Both the position numbers and the translations under genes were made by a program. This document shows, in pieces, positions 41,101 to 50,242 of a stretch of 64,000 nt of DNA (positions are counted from its first letter, which is position 1; each line of letters begins with the position of its first letter). The stretch is from IMG/VR virus record IMGVR_UViG_3300021431_000081, positions 32,001 through 96,000 of that record. One strand, given 5' to 3'. This DNA comes from a virus. Its lineage: Duplodnaviria; Caudoviricetes. The notes beneath the pieces were generated by a model that was not told the DNA's origin, ran no database searches, and worked only from the letters and a program-made list of their open reading frames with translations.

Positions 41101-43629
41101 TAATTTACCCTTGATAGTATCCCATCCTCCACGGATGGTATCATACATAGTCGCATCAGATCCCATCTCTTGAGACTGTAACCATTTCTGATAAAGGCTA
41201 TCAGATACTTCAATCTGAGCATTCATTTTTGCCCAAGATGTTAATCTGGTCTGAATTTGACTTTGCTCTTGTGATAAAACACTAAGACGAGTTTTTTCGG
41301 CATCTGTTAATGCTTCACTCTTACTTGTGAGGCTTTCAATTTCTTCTTTATTCTTTTTATATTTAGTGGTTAATGTATCATATTGATCATTTAACTTCTT
41401 ACTAATATCATGTTTTTGAGTATTAATCATTTCCTGCGCAGCTTTTGCATTTAATTGCATGCCATTCGCACCTATAGAAATTGCATCTGCAAAACCTTGA
41501 TATGTTTCAGTTAAAGATTCAAAAGTTTTTTGTGATAAAAAGCCATTCTTGCTTTGTTCTGCCATAGCAGAAGAAAGTGCTGTTGAAGATTCGGCCAATG
41601 TATTGATTGCAGTATTCGTACTATCAGCGAATTCATTCCATTTATCAGCAGCTCTACCTGTAGTTGTTGCTGATACTAATTCAAATTGCTGCATTAAATT
41701 AATTGCGTCTTGAATAAAAGTAGGAGATTGGAAATCTACTAATCCTGCTCGACCAAATACTCTGGCAACATTCATTGCGGATTGTTGGATAGAAGAGTAC
41801 TGATCTTCAGGAATTGTCCAATCAATTTCACTTAATTCTTCAGCACTAATTTCTTTAAGATCCTTTAATGCATCTGTATAATTATCTTTTAATTTTTCTT
41901 TTACTTTATCATTGATAAATTTATCTGGATCAAAAGTCATAATTTCATCGGCCTTTAAAGAGCCAATAATTTTTGACCATGAAGTACCTGCAATATAATG
42001 TGCAATTCGATCATTTTCTGAGCCAGATAACATGCTCATCAATGAAGACTTTCTATTTTTAAATACCTGTTGAGTACTATCAATACCAAAAGCATCAATT
42101 AATTCCTGACGTTTATCTTTTCCAATATGAAGCGCATTCATAGCTGCATCAAGGCGCTGTTTCATAATATCTGCATAATCATTAACATCTATCTTGGATA
42201 AATCAGGAGAGATAAAATCTTTAAGTACTTGAGAAGCCTCGCCTGTAGCATCTGATCGAATAGTATCAACAAATTTTAAATAATCTTCAGCACTAATTAA
42301 TGCTTCTTTTGAAAATTGCTGTAAATATGCAACTCCATCTTGTGTTACTTGACTATCCAAGCTAAGATCGGGCGTAATTTCAGCATATGATTGTTTTAAA
42401 TAATCAACAGCATTTTGATAACTCTCTTGTGCCGATGTTATTTCAGCGTAGTATTGCTTAATTTGATTTTCTAAATCTGTAATAACTTTTGACTTCGATT
42501 CATTCCGATATTTTGCTTCACCCGTAAAGCTATCGTAATCATAAGCTACCTTTACAGTATCGCCCTCTTGTTCTTGAATTTCTTTAATTTGTTGCTTTAA
42601 TTTATCTATTTTTCCTTGATTTTCTGCGGTTTTATCGTCAACCGCTTGCTTTAAAGCAGGTATTCCTGCATTAGAAGAAGGATTCACTAAAGAATCAATA
42701 TTAAAAGAAGTTGCGTCAATTATAGCCCCTTCTTTTGCTTGGGCGAGTTCCCTATATTTATTAATCTGATCTTGAATAATTTCAGTATTTGCGAGAATAG
42801 CATTACCTTCACTATCCCAACCAGTTACTAATTCAGGGAACTGTTCTGCAATTTGTTGACGAATAGCATAATATTCTTCAGATCCTGCTTCAGCTTCTCT
42901 ATATTGATCTAAAAGTTGCTGAAGAGAATTGGCGCTATTATTATATTCATCGTATTCTTGTTTAAGTGTGTCTGTTTTCTCTTTACTGGAATCAATAAGT
43001 TTTTGATTACGTTTAGATACAGCATCAAGTGTATCTGCGTAATTATTATATACCCAAATAGCTGCTCCTACAGTTGCTGCAATACCTGCAAAAATAAGCG
43101 CACCTTTACCGAATAAAGAAAGCTGCGCCCAACCTGCTTTTAACCCATCCCTAAGTTTACCACTTTGAGCGGTTGCTTCTTTCATTGCTTTGGCAACATC
43201 TTTAAATTTTCCTGCAACATGTTGGATTTGTTCTACTCCATCTTCGTCTATAATTTGAATATCTTTACCCTTTGTAAGTCCATCTTGCAAAAAGTCAAAA
43301 ATAGTTGTTTGTTTTTTCGCAGCCTTAAATAAAACACCATAACCACCAAATATTGCTAAAGCTGCTGTTTTTAATAAACCAAATTTATCAACGACTCCCA
43401 TGATCACAGAGCCAAGATCAAGGAAAAAGTTAATAACATCTCTATTTGCTGTTCTTGCCCAGGCTTGTTGCCATTGGTTCTGAAGTTTGGCTAAATGACC
43501 TGAAATAGAATCTTGATATTTTTGTAATTCTTCTTCAGCTGAACCGAATGAATTTTGAGACGAACTATATACATCTCGTAAAAGTTTTCCATTTTGTAAT
43601 ATCGATGCGACAACGTTTGCCCTATTCTT
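35122..43629 (-). CDS. Tape-measure protein, exon 3 (2835 aa, starts KNRANVVASILQN)
   Basis: Continues the conserved TMP core (LAG|KNRAN); hydrophobic segments, long coiled coils, C-terminal GE.GPE/EKGLE motifs. The track's TTG start lies in the intron and its G is the intron's terminal G. Confidence 0.9.
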   Translation of the reverse strand, partial: KNRANVVASILQNGKLLRDVYSSSQNSFGSAEEELQKYQDSISGHLAKLQNQWQQAWARTANRDVINFFLDLGSVIMGVVDKFGLLKTAALAIFGGYGVLFKAAKKQTTIFDFLQDGLTKGKDIQIIDEDGVEQIQHVAGKFKDVAKAMKEATAQSGKLRDGLKAGWAQLSLFGKGALIFAGIAATVGAAIWVYNNYADTLDAVSKRNQKLIDSSKEKTDTLKQEYDEYNNSANSLQQLLDQYREAEAGSEEYYAIRQQIAEQFPELVTGWDSEGNAILANTEIIQDQINKYRELAQAKEGAIIDATSFNIDSLVNPSSNAGIPALKQAVDDKTAENQGKIDKLKQQIKEIQEQEGDTVKVAYDYDSFTGEAKYRNESKSKVITDLENQIKQYYAEITSAQESYQNAVDYLKQSYAEITPDLSLDSQVTQDGVAYLQQFSKEALISAEDYLKFVDTIRSDATGEASQVLKDFISPDLSKIDVNDYADIMKQRLDAAMNALHIGKDKRQELIDAFGIDSTQQVFKNRKSSLMSMLSGSENDRIAHYIAGTSWSKIIGSLKADEIMTFDPDKFINDKVKEKLKDNYTDALKDLKEISAEELSEIDWTIPEDQYSSIQQSAMNVARVFGRAGLVDFQSPTFIQDAINLMQQFELVSATTTGRAADKWNEFADSTNTAINTLAESSTALSSAMAEQSKNGFLSQKTFESLTETYQGFADAISIGANGMQLNAKAAQEMINTQKHDISKKLNDQYDTLTTKYKKNKEEIESLTSKSEALTDAEKTRLSVLSQEQSQIQTRLTSWAKMNAQIEVSDSLYQKWLQSQEMGSDATMYDTIRGGWDTIKGKLDNERWADPEVLAYMEMITGQSMNGDKVYGQKKNIADFIKKYMTNDNEGVNDFLDMTEKALHQAGMERFFDENGDLNFAVGDEGMIAAAISDYMQNVLGKEGFSVSSELVKSMLDAGVTYDLLDPLDGAPTTIDELSKSIDEMNERLNSGEIEENSELWNQYTNAIADANRQIELYKIAVDSFKTPEELEELKETVNKGLEKDDQIDFDLEYDNAVDATVALNKLEEAKKALYDENGDFIDTENGQASLEALNELIKNTQAQLAALTNQTYVIDISGMEEGAEKDFAAKINELSAAAQAYKIAEATGDRTAGQKAREQIEGIVGDLREMNQLSNGQLSALFNNIDLTTSSTAIKSLGESGKTTFEQIQEEADRLNTKKAQQAIKDLNTTISEESASAAQNLGEAITTINSYTIGTLGSDQLLTNLTTIEQTMGRLTTSTALNQSGQQVNTNTKKLHKREQKGPNGDGGEAPKQETTTTETVIEYKATLDTTNFDEGITHISEEANTSVNDVGKINDVSLSSISGNLEGVASKEKNISSEARTAKNTINSINGVSVSGSKVLGSLHSEANSTKTVLSNINSELNKMNRTVNIKIKINRENSNGNGDGPGSYKGNAHFSLFKGNAFASGTIGAKKTEPSLVGELGPELRVRGTKWDLLGESGAEFRDVKKGDIIFNHKQTEELFKYGSINSRGVAYAGGSTGLDSLNKTLGNNGTIIINGDVNIEPVNTKRKPKKDSKDGDGNGNGGRRKGSGGNGDGKRSTTTKKKDKTDAFDKYLDKLFDWIEIRIERVQTKIDQLSSLAEEFLDRMAYGLSEKKYKDALEKIYEQIGNEDAAYDKYYAQAEEVFKKGMNQKGIPKKTKENQDALWDKILNGEIDINSYDEDTRKVIEGTQEWIDKAIEAKNALQELQAQAREYAKSLKEVHDAQRDAGVSLSDNFIQIAQSNFEARTDNAYQYSNGRLRYENRQRRKQIRIHRKATQENLQDFEEASKEVSIELDPLLAKEEAKLEKERVKNGTVKKSHKEYQTVLKRIKTAMDHNKPVKEKDISYIEKKNPQLAAQLVVYNQTLQNFEDAKMEEMLAVAENIQQIYQNYAQMYDNKNERLQNKINLRDKQIENKTTADGQNKLIDEQIKIAEAQKKNDRAKVEKFAKLRKENATKIKTTLKKGNATTEKYDANENKKVKSRVEKALTKVQKNIKAKVAIDGDTIGEIAELVNAGYIQASFLEACLSYNEAIEQGREAKAQAEINKETIRKENEQRRLQKMKNVQNQGEKDRYKYDRRKTKAQQRIDAAEAYGHYAQRNDYKNIIRQDVSMLAEYNAELAKQQKLLKDLTVGSDEWFEAKQIIAELEDSIEELNLDIHEQAMAMEKLNWQKFDDGIERAKRLNSEIDHYYNLISNEQFFDTDNQGNITQYGMAALDLKNTDYKANLAEAQQYLHEYNLLVKKINDPKNELDPTNQEVIDRMNELQDAYWGSMEAAEAAKQAVIDLARQGYEAQLTALNNTISKYKELKNAEKEAYDYQKQITEKANNITNLEKQLAAWQNNTSEESVSKIQKLQKDIKDARQDLRDAEYSKYLSDAQKMLDDLSANFQEWIDRYLKNRDKVLLKMQDLLADKIDALGVSSNATDTVNTLKQVDKNITDNLVGALKENGSLQNRIEAAVKSVIDDAARQPEEQAKAAFREKVSGYVGKEKDLKAKDYDAVRSIIKEYKGMSQEEKDALDDTTVTTVKNLSKKMNTIDKDSKTKQAKKTVDEAYSNFNTLNEQIAETKRNISQLNKERQEERSKFTKYKGQSRVGQLSEEALKAKQNYENKEREIQELERQLNRLEVQFANAKTRFDEAQDAYHKAKENSDAYHARWHYVTGIKSVPTDLNAWTQEKGLETIIRKSDGAILTPLGRGDAVFNAEMTDNLWKLAKMNIPDMFAKSFGSQPVINNTTNTTLSPNTTIQLSITLPNVKNYDEFKSALVADRNFQNAVQDMTLGAVLGKNSMSKYKYA

Positions 43630-44125
43630 CAAATTATATTTACATATATCGTAACTATATGCTTTTTTATTTTATGCTGTGCATAAAATAAAAAACTCAT
43701 ACTTTCGTATGAGATTAGACTATTTCTTATCCATCACTTTGATGGTCATACTTTTTCGATTACAGGTATTTAACCAACGCCATTAACTTGCGTCCTACTC
43801 CTATTGTTAAAGATATTCAGGATTTCCACCTTTATTCTCAAGTCTTTAACCCGTTCGGGGATAGTCGTTGAACGTTCACCCTCGACTTAACTAACATATG
43901 GTCTATGTGTGACGTTAGGGTGCTTCGCTGCATGAACAGTAATTATTCTTCATAATAGAAGAGCAGTACTTAGGCTTTTAACCATATACCATCCTTACGT
44001 TTTTTCTACTTTCGTACCATCATAATGTGGTTTCCCCATTATTGTGGTGTAAGGCTTTATACATTACCTGCAATTAAATATGATCTATATTGCATATCAC
44101 TATACAACCCGGTAAGATTACGTTT
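43630..44125 (-). ncRNA. Group I intron 2 in the tape-measure gene (496 nt, no homing-endonuclease ORF)
   Basis: Core elements UAAUUGCAGGUAA (P), UUCAUGCAGC (Q), GUUCAACGACUAU (R), AAGAAAUAGUC (S); P3 UCAUAUUU/AAAGUAUGA; P7 GACUA/UAGUC; P9 CUCAUAC-GAAA-GUAUGAG; terminal G at 43630; IGS UCUUACCGG complementary to the joined exons CCGGU|AAGA; removal restores the frame. Confidence 0.93.
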
Positions 44126-44506
44126 ACCGGCTAACACTTCGAGCAAACCGTTCGCACGGTTCGTGCCATATTGTTTATCTGTTGCAATTATTTCTTCATA
44201 GACATCTGCAATATCCTGAAGAATCTCATAGGTGCTTCTGAAATTACCGTTTTCATCAAGTATATCTACACCTTTAAAGCCATTACTAGCTACAGCAGTG
44301 TAATCTTTAATTATTTGTTGAGATTTCGCTGATGTTTGGACTACGAAGTCATCTACGTCTTCTCCAAGATCAGCAAGTTCGGCCTTTGCTTCCTCTGTGC
44401 CAGTTATTCTCAAAGCAACCGTTCTCATTGCATTGCCGACCTTTTTAGGGTCCTGCACAACTGCATTCCCGGCAGTAATTAAAGCAATTGCTTCATCAAT
44501 GTCATT
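44126..44506 (-). CDS. Tape-measure protein, exon 2 (381 nt, 127 aa, NDIDEAIALITAGN...LLEVLAG)
   Basis: Open frame extends 16 codons upstream of the track's GTG; the sequence is the conserved TP901-type TMP core (IALITAGN.VVQDP.KVGNA.RT..LRI; G.FRSTYEIL.DIA). Confidence 0.92.
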
Positions 44507-44947
44507 CGATTTATTATGAGTTTAAAACTCACTTTTTTATTATGCAATGCATAATAAAAACTGCATCTTTCGATGCAGTCCAGACTATTTCTTCATCTTC
44601 AGCTTTACCTGTTAAGAGTACCCTTTTCGATTTAAGAGATTTTCACTCACATATTAAATATATGCCCTACGATTATTGATTTAAGTATTCAGGATTTCCA
44701 CCTTTATTCTCTTGCTTAAATCCCGACATGGATCTAGTCGTTGAACGTTCACCCTCGACTCAAGCACCGTATGTTCTACGGAATACGTTAGGGCGCTTCG
44801 CTGCATGAACAGCCAATCCTTACGTTTTAAAACCATCATAATATAGTTTCCTTATTATTGTGGTGTAAGGCTCTAAGGCATTACCTGCAATTAAGAATAT
44901 TCATATAATACATTTCTGTATTATCAGGCAATTAGACATTTCTTTTT
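44507..44947 (-). ncRNA. Group I intron 1 in the tape-measure gene (441 nt, no ORF)
   Basis: P1 CAGGU/GCCUG with U.G at the splice site; P10 AUU/AAU; P2 AUAAUACA-GAAA-UGUAUUAU; P3 UAUUCUU/AAGGGUA; P/Q/R/S elements; P7 GACUA/UAGUC; extra stems between P7 and P3' (IA-like); P9 GACUGCAUC-GAAA-GAUGCAGUU; terminal G at 44507. Confidence 0.95.
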
Positions 44948-47900
44948 ACCTGCTGTTTTTAATGAACTTGCTGACAACTGTAACGCTGTTGCAAGGCCAT
45001 CAGTACTAATTGAAAAGTTATTACCTACATTGTTTAACTTATCAATAATATCCATTTTGCCAAGATTATCATAAGCTTGGCTCATAGCTACTAAACTTTC
45101 AGTAGCTTCATCAATACTTTCAAATTCTGATACATTAAGTAAAACGGAAGCATCTTTTGCAGATTCTTTTGCGTCATCAAGCGTCTCTCCAAGCCTCATC
45201 CAGTCAGCAGTACTTTGCTGAATAACTAATCCAGTAGTACCTGCCTGATTTGCTATATCATAACTTTCAGTTTGAAATTCTTTAAGACGGGAGAGTGGTT
45301 CATCAGATACTTTTGCCATTTCGGTTAAAGCATCATCTAATTGATGAATAATTTCAAAACCCTCACGAGCATAACGAATAAAATCTTGAATAGAAACATA
45401 TGATAAGAAATAAGCACCTAAATCTTTAAATTTTCTTACTAATTTTGTTGAAAAAGTATCTCCTACTTTTCCTGCCTTATTTAATTCTTGTTCAAAACTA
45501 TTAACTTGTGCTATCGCATGCTCTAAAGAAGCTTGATTTACATTTTTTAAGCCATCGCTAATTTCTTGTAAATATTGTTTTCCCTCTTCCCCCATCTTTG
45601 GGTTATTCGTTATTAAATTACTAATTCTTTTTTGTAAAGCGGTAGTATTTTTTTCACTAGCCTTAATATTCTTTTTGTCACCTAATTCATTTTCTAAGTT
45701 TTGTACTTGATGAACTAATTCACCAATCTCTTTTATTTCTTGAGGATTAGTAATATCAATACCGTTCTTTAATTTGTTTTGAAGAGTCGTAATAGTTTGA
45801 TCCAGTTCATCTAATTGAGTTTTATATTGATCAGTATTTATAATTTTATTATTATTAAATAACTCATTAAATGTTTTTTTCTTTCCAATAGTTTTGTCAA
45901 CAATATCAGATACTTTTCCCGCATACCTTTCAGAAGCAGATTCTATCGCTTTTTCCATTTGAGAGTCTAAAATGATATCTGTAGATTTTCTGTCATTTAA
46001 TAATGTTTGTCTTTTATTGTATTTTTCTTGTATTTTACTAATTATATTATCAAAAGATTCATCAGCATTAACTTTTAAACTTTTTTCTGCTAAAGAAGCA
46101 CTTTCCTTAATTAGTTGTTGTTCATCTTTATACGATTGTTTTTTATCCTTTTCTTCTTTTCGTTCTTTCTCTCGTTTTTTTTTACTTTCTTCTTTTTCTT
46201 CTCTTTCAATTTCCTTATCTAATTCTTTTTCTTCTTTTCTTCTTTGCTTTTCCTCTGCCGCTTTCTTTTTCGCAACTTCTGCCTTTAATTCTGCATAATG
46301 TTTTTCTTGATCATCTTGTTTTTTCGATTCTTTTAAAGTGTTTAATTGCTCTTCTTTAGATTGACGTATTTTTTCTAATGCTTCTTTTTCATTATCAGTT
46401 AAATTTAAGATTTGTTTGTTTAATTCATCTTCAACTTCTTGTTCTTCATACATACGTTGTGTTGCAGTTGTGTTATCCTTTGCAGGATTTGTCACATTTC
46501 TTTCTAGCAAAGAATATTTTTTATTCAAAGCCTTTTGTGCTAATTCAAAACTGTTATTTACAGCATCCTCAATTCCAGATACAACGGTTCTTTGTACTGA
46601 CTGACTAATCGGATCATATTTATAATCTGTTCGCCATTTTCTTTTATTACCATGTTCATCAGTGTCTTCATGATCAACGTGATATTTTGAAATGTTGCCA
46701 AACCTGTCTTGGGTATAATATTGATTTTTTCTACTATACTGATCAAAATTACGTTCATCAGCAGCAATAGCTTGTAAAATTGCTTTATGACCTATTTCAC
46801 TAATACGTTCTTCATCAGTTAAATCTTTAGAGTCTCTTTTTTTCTTATTAGTTTCTTTTTCTTCTTCAGCCTTTTTAGTATTTTCAATTTGTTGTTGTAT
46901 TTCCATACTTTTTACTAAAGAAGAAAAATCAATATTACTTAAAGTAGTAAAATCTACATTTAATTGATTTAATAAATCTGTTATTGCAACAAGTTCCTCT
47001 CGAAGCTGCTCAATAAAAGTCACTTCATTATAAATTACTTCTTCAACAGTACTATTTTCTTTTTCAAAAGCTTCGGTTTTATCATTAACGGCTCCAGTTA
47101 CTTTTATTATTGCATCAAATAAACTACTTATTTGTGTAGATTCATTAGAAAAATCTAGTGCTTCACCAGTACTATCGGTTATTTTTTTTATTTGATTAAT
47201 TGCTTCAGTTAAAGATGGAATTATCTTATTTAATGTTTCCGCAAAATCAGAAAATTGATTATCTTGCATCTCTTTTCCTGAAAATACTTGTTTTATCGTA
47301 TCCAATAAATTATTAATTGGTGTTGCTTCTTTTTCCAATGTTTTTATTTCATTTCTATAATTTTTAAATATTTCGCCAAACTGAGATTCCCAAGCACTAA
47401 TATCAACACCCGCTCCTTTAAGTAGCTGTTGTATTATAGAAATTCCATTTTTAAAATAATCAATTGTATTTTGTAAACTTTTTCCGGGAGACTGTTCATT
47501 GTGCGCTATATATTCATTAAACAAATCTACATTAGAAGAAACAATGTTACCTTTAAAACGACTTTCAACAATTTCACCTTTTTCATTATATATATCTCTA
47601 TATAAATAACGTTCTAAAGAATTATAAGCTTCTTCAATTTGAGGAACGAATCTTCTTTTTATTTCTCCTTCTTTTTGAGCCTGCACAACAGAATTATTCC
47701 CTTTAAAAATTGATTTAAAATCACCTAATTCAGCAATTTTTTCATGTAAAGTAGTTAAGGTTTCATTCAAACCGTCAAAGCCTTTAGAAAAATCAATATT
47801 TTTTATATCATTTGCTAAAGTTTTTATTTCGCCTAAGTTCTCTTTTATGACGTTAAAAGATCCAAAAGTATCTGTTGACGCTAAATATCCTATACCTACT

Positions 47901-49159
47901 TCAATTTTATCTAATGTATCAATTAATTCTGTAAAAGGGGTCTTAATATCTAAATGGCTTAAAGCTTCTAATTCAGTCGTAAGTTTTTGAACTAACGCAA
48001 TTAAAACTCCAAACGCTTCAGCATAATCACCACTTATCTTACTAGGATCAAAATTCATTACAGCTTTATCTAATAATTCTTGTATATAATCAACTTGATT
48101 TGCATATTGCTGATAACTATCGAAAGCGTTTTCATATAATATCTGTTCTTGTTTTACTTCATTTGAATCGATACCATATTGTTCAGATTTGTTTGCTGCT
48201 CTTTCTGAACGCCACTCTGCAGAAGACAAATAATCATCTCGTATCTCTTTTAATCGTTTTAATTCTTCTTGTAATTTTTGTATATCATCTAACTCATCAA
48301 AATCTAAGCCCCAATATGAATCACGATCCGCTTGTTCACGTAACTTCCTTTTTTCATCGGCAAGTTTTTTAATTTCTTCTCTAGTTTTTGCAATTATTTT
48401 ATCTGGCGTTGAAGAAGTATTGCCAGAACCATCACCTGGTCCTGTACCATTACCATCACCATTACCATTGCCTGATCCATTTCCATTATTTGAAGATCCT
48501 TTATTGGTCTTTTGAATATTATCCAATGCATCTTTTAAAGAAAGCGCTTCAATTTTAGCTTTATTTAAATCCTCAGTTAATCCTTTGAAACCTGCTTGCT
48601 CTAAAGCTTCTTGGGGTATTTGTTTTAATAAGCCAAATAATTCTTTAAAAGCATCAACTGTTTGTGGTAAACCGCCTTTTGAATTTTTGTCCAATCCTTC
48701 ATATATTTCTCTAATACGAGTAACAAATTCAGCCATTTCAGGATTAATTTTTTGAATATCTCCACCCAAGGCTTCAAAGGCATTAGCTCTTTTCCATAAT
48801 TCAGATACATCTTTAGAACTATCTTTAAAGAAACCCTTATCATCAACTTCCCCATTTTTCCATTTTGATAATAGATCTTGATTTTGAACTAATTTATTCC
48901 ATTGTTCAATTAATGAATTTTGTGCATTACCTATTGATTGAAAATATTTTTTCGGATTTTTTTGATTGTATTGCTTTATACCTGACAATTCCTTATTAAT
49001 ATTTTCAACGTCTTTATTACCTTCTATTTTAAATTCAATTTTATGACTACCTTCTACTGAGCCAATCGAAGACGCTAAACTTTTTACAGCTTCTGTCAAG
49101 GCACGAATTTCATTACTAGCACCAGATCCACCTTTATTACCTGATATTTTTGTAGCCAT
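44948..49159 (-). CDS. Tape-measure protein, exon 1 (1404 aa, ends ...SASSLKTAG)
   Basis: The end of the exon carries TMP core motifs (LDDALTEMAKVS, STADW.RLG, IIDKLN.VGNNFSIST.GLA.AL..SAS.L..AG); AAGGAGG RBS; spliced product is 1404+127+2835 = 4366 aa. Confidence 0.9.
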
Positions 49160-49180
49160 TCAACGCCTCCTTTCTTTATT

Positions 49181-49786
49181 CTATAAATAATTATAAATAC
49201 CACTATTTTGAATTAGTTCATTTAGATATTGTGTACTCATGTCATTATAATATTGATTTAATGTATTACGGCCTTTTATATTAAATTCACGCTCTAATCC
49301 TCTTAATCTTCCTGCGAATGGTTCTGTGCTTACAGCACGGCCCCCCTTAGATTCAGGAACCCATGCACCTTTTACACCTGGTACATGATACCAATAAGTT
49401 CCCGGATGTGGATGATTAGGGCCACTTATTGCACCACCATGATAACCTTTCTCAGCGGTTAATGCCCATAATTTAGCTGAACCCAATCTATGAACTTCAG
49501 GAACTAAATGCGCTCCCCAATCAAAGCTTATTGATCCTGATTCCGGATCATATTCAAAAGAATAACTATCTTTTAAGCTTAATGTAGGATCATAAGACTT
49601 TCTAGTATACGCTCCATACCAATTCATAACAATTAATTCATATTTATTTTTGTATTCATTAATTACTTTTTCTGCAGCATTATCATAAGCCTTACTGTCT
49701 AATTCTGGGAATGCGTCAATAATCATATTACCTAACTCAACAATTTTATGTAACTTACCAATTAATCTTTTAGAAACAATTTGCAT
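49181..49786 (-). CDS. Hypothetical protein (possible tail completion protein)
   Basis: WY..Y....Y..T..L and G.HGG motifs; directly upstream of the TMP. Confidence 0.5.
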   Translation of the reverse strand: MQIVSKRLIGKLHKIVELGNMIIDAFPELDSKAYDNAAEKVINEYKNKYELIVMNWYGAYTRKSYDPTLSLKDSYSFEYDPESGSISFDWGAHLVPEVHRLGSAKLWALTAEKGYHGGAISGPNHPHPGTYWYHVPGVKGAWVPESKGGRAVSTEPFAGRLRGLEREFNIKGRNTLNQYYNDMSTQYLNELIQNSGIYNYL

Positions 49787-49810
49787 AATATATTGTCTCC
49801 TTAAAATATA

Positions 49811-50242
49811 TTACAGTAATTTTGAATTCAATAATAAATCATTTAACCGCATAGAAAACAATGCGTCAAATGCTTGTTTGTCTTCAGGCAACTTTTCCCA
49901 AATTTTATCTATAATTTTATATTGATTTAAAAAATCAAAAAACAAATCATTATCTTTGTTAATATCAATACTAAATTGAGTATATAAATTTATAACTGTT
50001 AAAATATAATATTTATATTCATTCGGTTTATTATATAATATTTTCCCTTCGGGTTCATAATGTGCCTTTCGAATTATATTATCTATACTATTTATTTTTT
50101 CATTATATGGAATATAAGTAGATTCCGATAATACTAATTTTGAAATATAATTATCTTTAATATTATCTGATTTAACGCATGAATATTCATTCATAAAAGC
50201 ATTAGTATCATTTAATGATTGATTCATTATCTTATCCTCCAT
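49811..50242 (-). CDS. Hypothetical protein, paralog of 50242..50802
   Basis: Shares YIPY.EK...I...AH and I..LYT motifs with its neighbour; start overlaps the neighbour's stop (TAATG). Confidence 0.6.
   Translation of the reverse strand: MEDKIMNQSLNDTNAFMNEYSCVKSDNIKDNYISKLVLSESTYIPYNEKINSIDNIIRKAHYEPEGKILYNKPNEYKYYILTVINLYTQFSIDINKDNDLFFDFLNQYKIIDKIWEKLPEDKQAFDALFSMRLNDLLLNSKLL

Noticed and set aside
44488-44679. 63-aa plus-strand ORF (also 54210..54428) as an intron-encoded homing endonuclease
   Set aside because: Antisense to the intron, too short, and no HNH, GIY-YIG or LAGLIDADG motif
43630-44947. Repeated blocks as a CRISPR array, DGR TR/VR pair or IS ends
   Set aside because: Only two copies, explained by intron homology; no regular spacers, no adenine-specific mismatch pattern, and no RT, Cas or transposase in the window
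35122-49159. Tape-measure gene as a pseudogene or as three independent genes
   Set aside because: The gaps are structured group I introns whose exact removal restores conserved TMP motifs in frame; the downstream fragments lack convincing RBS/start codons
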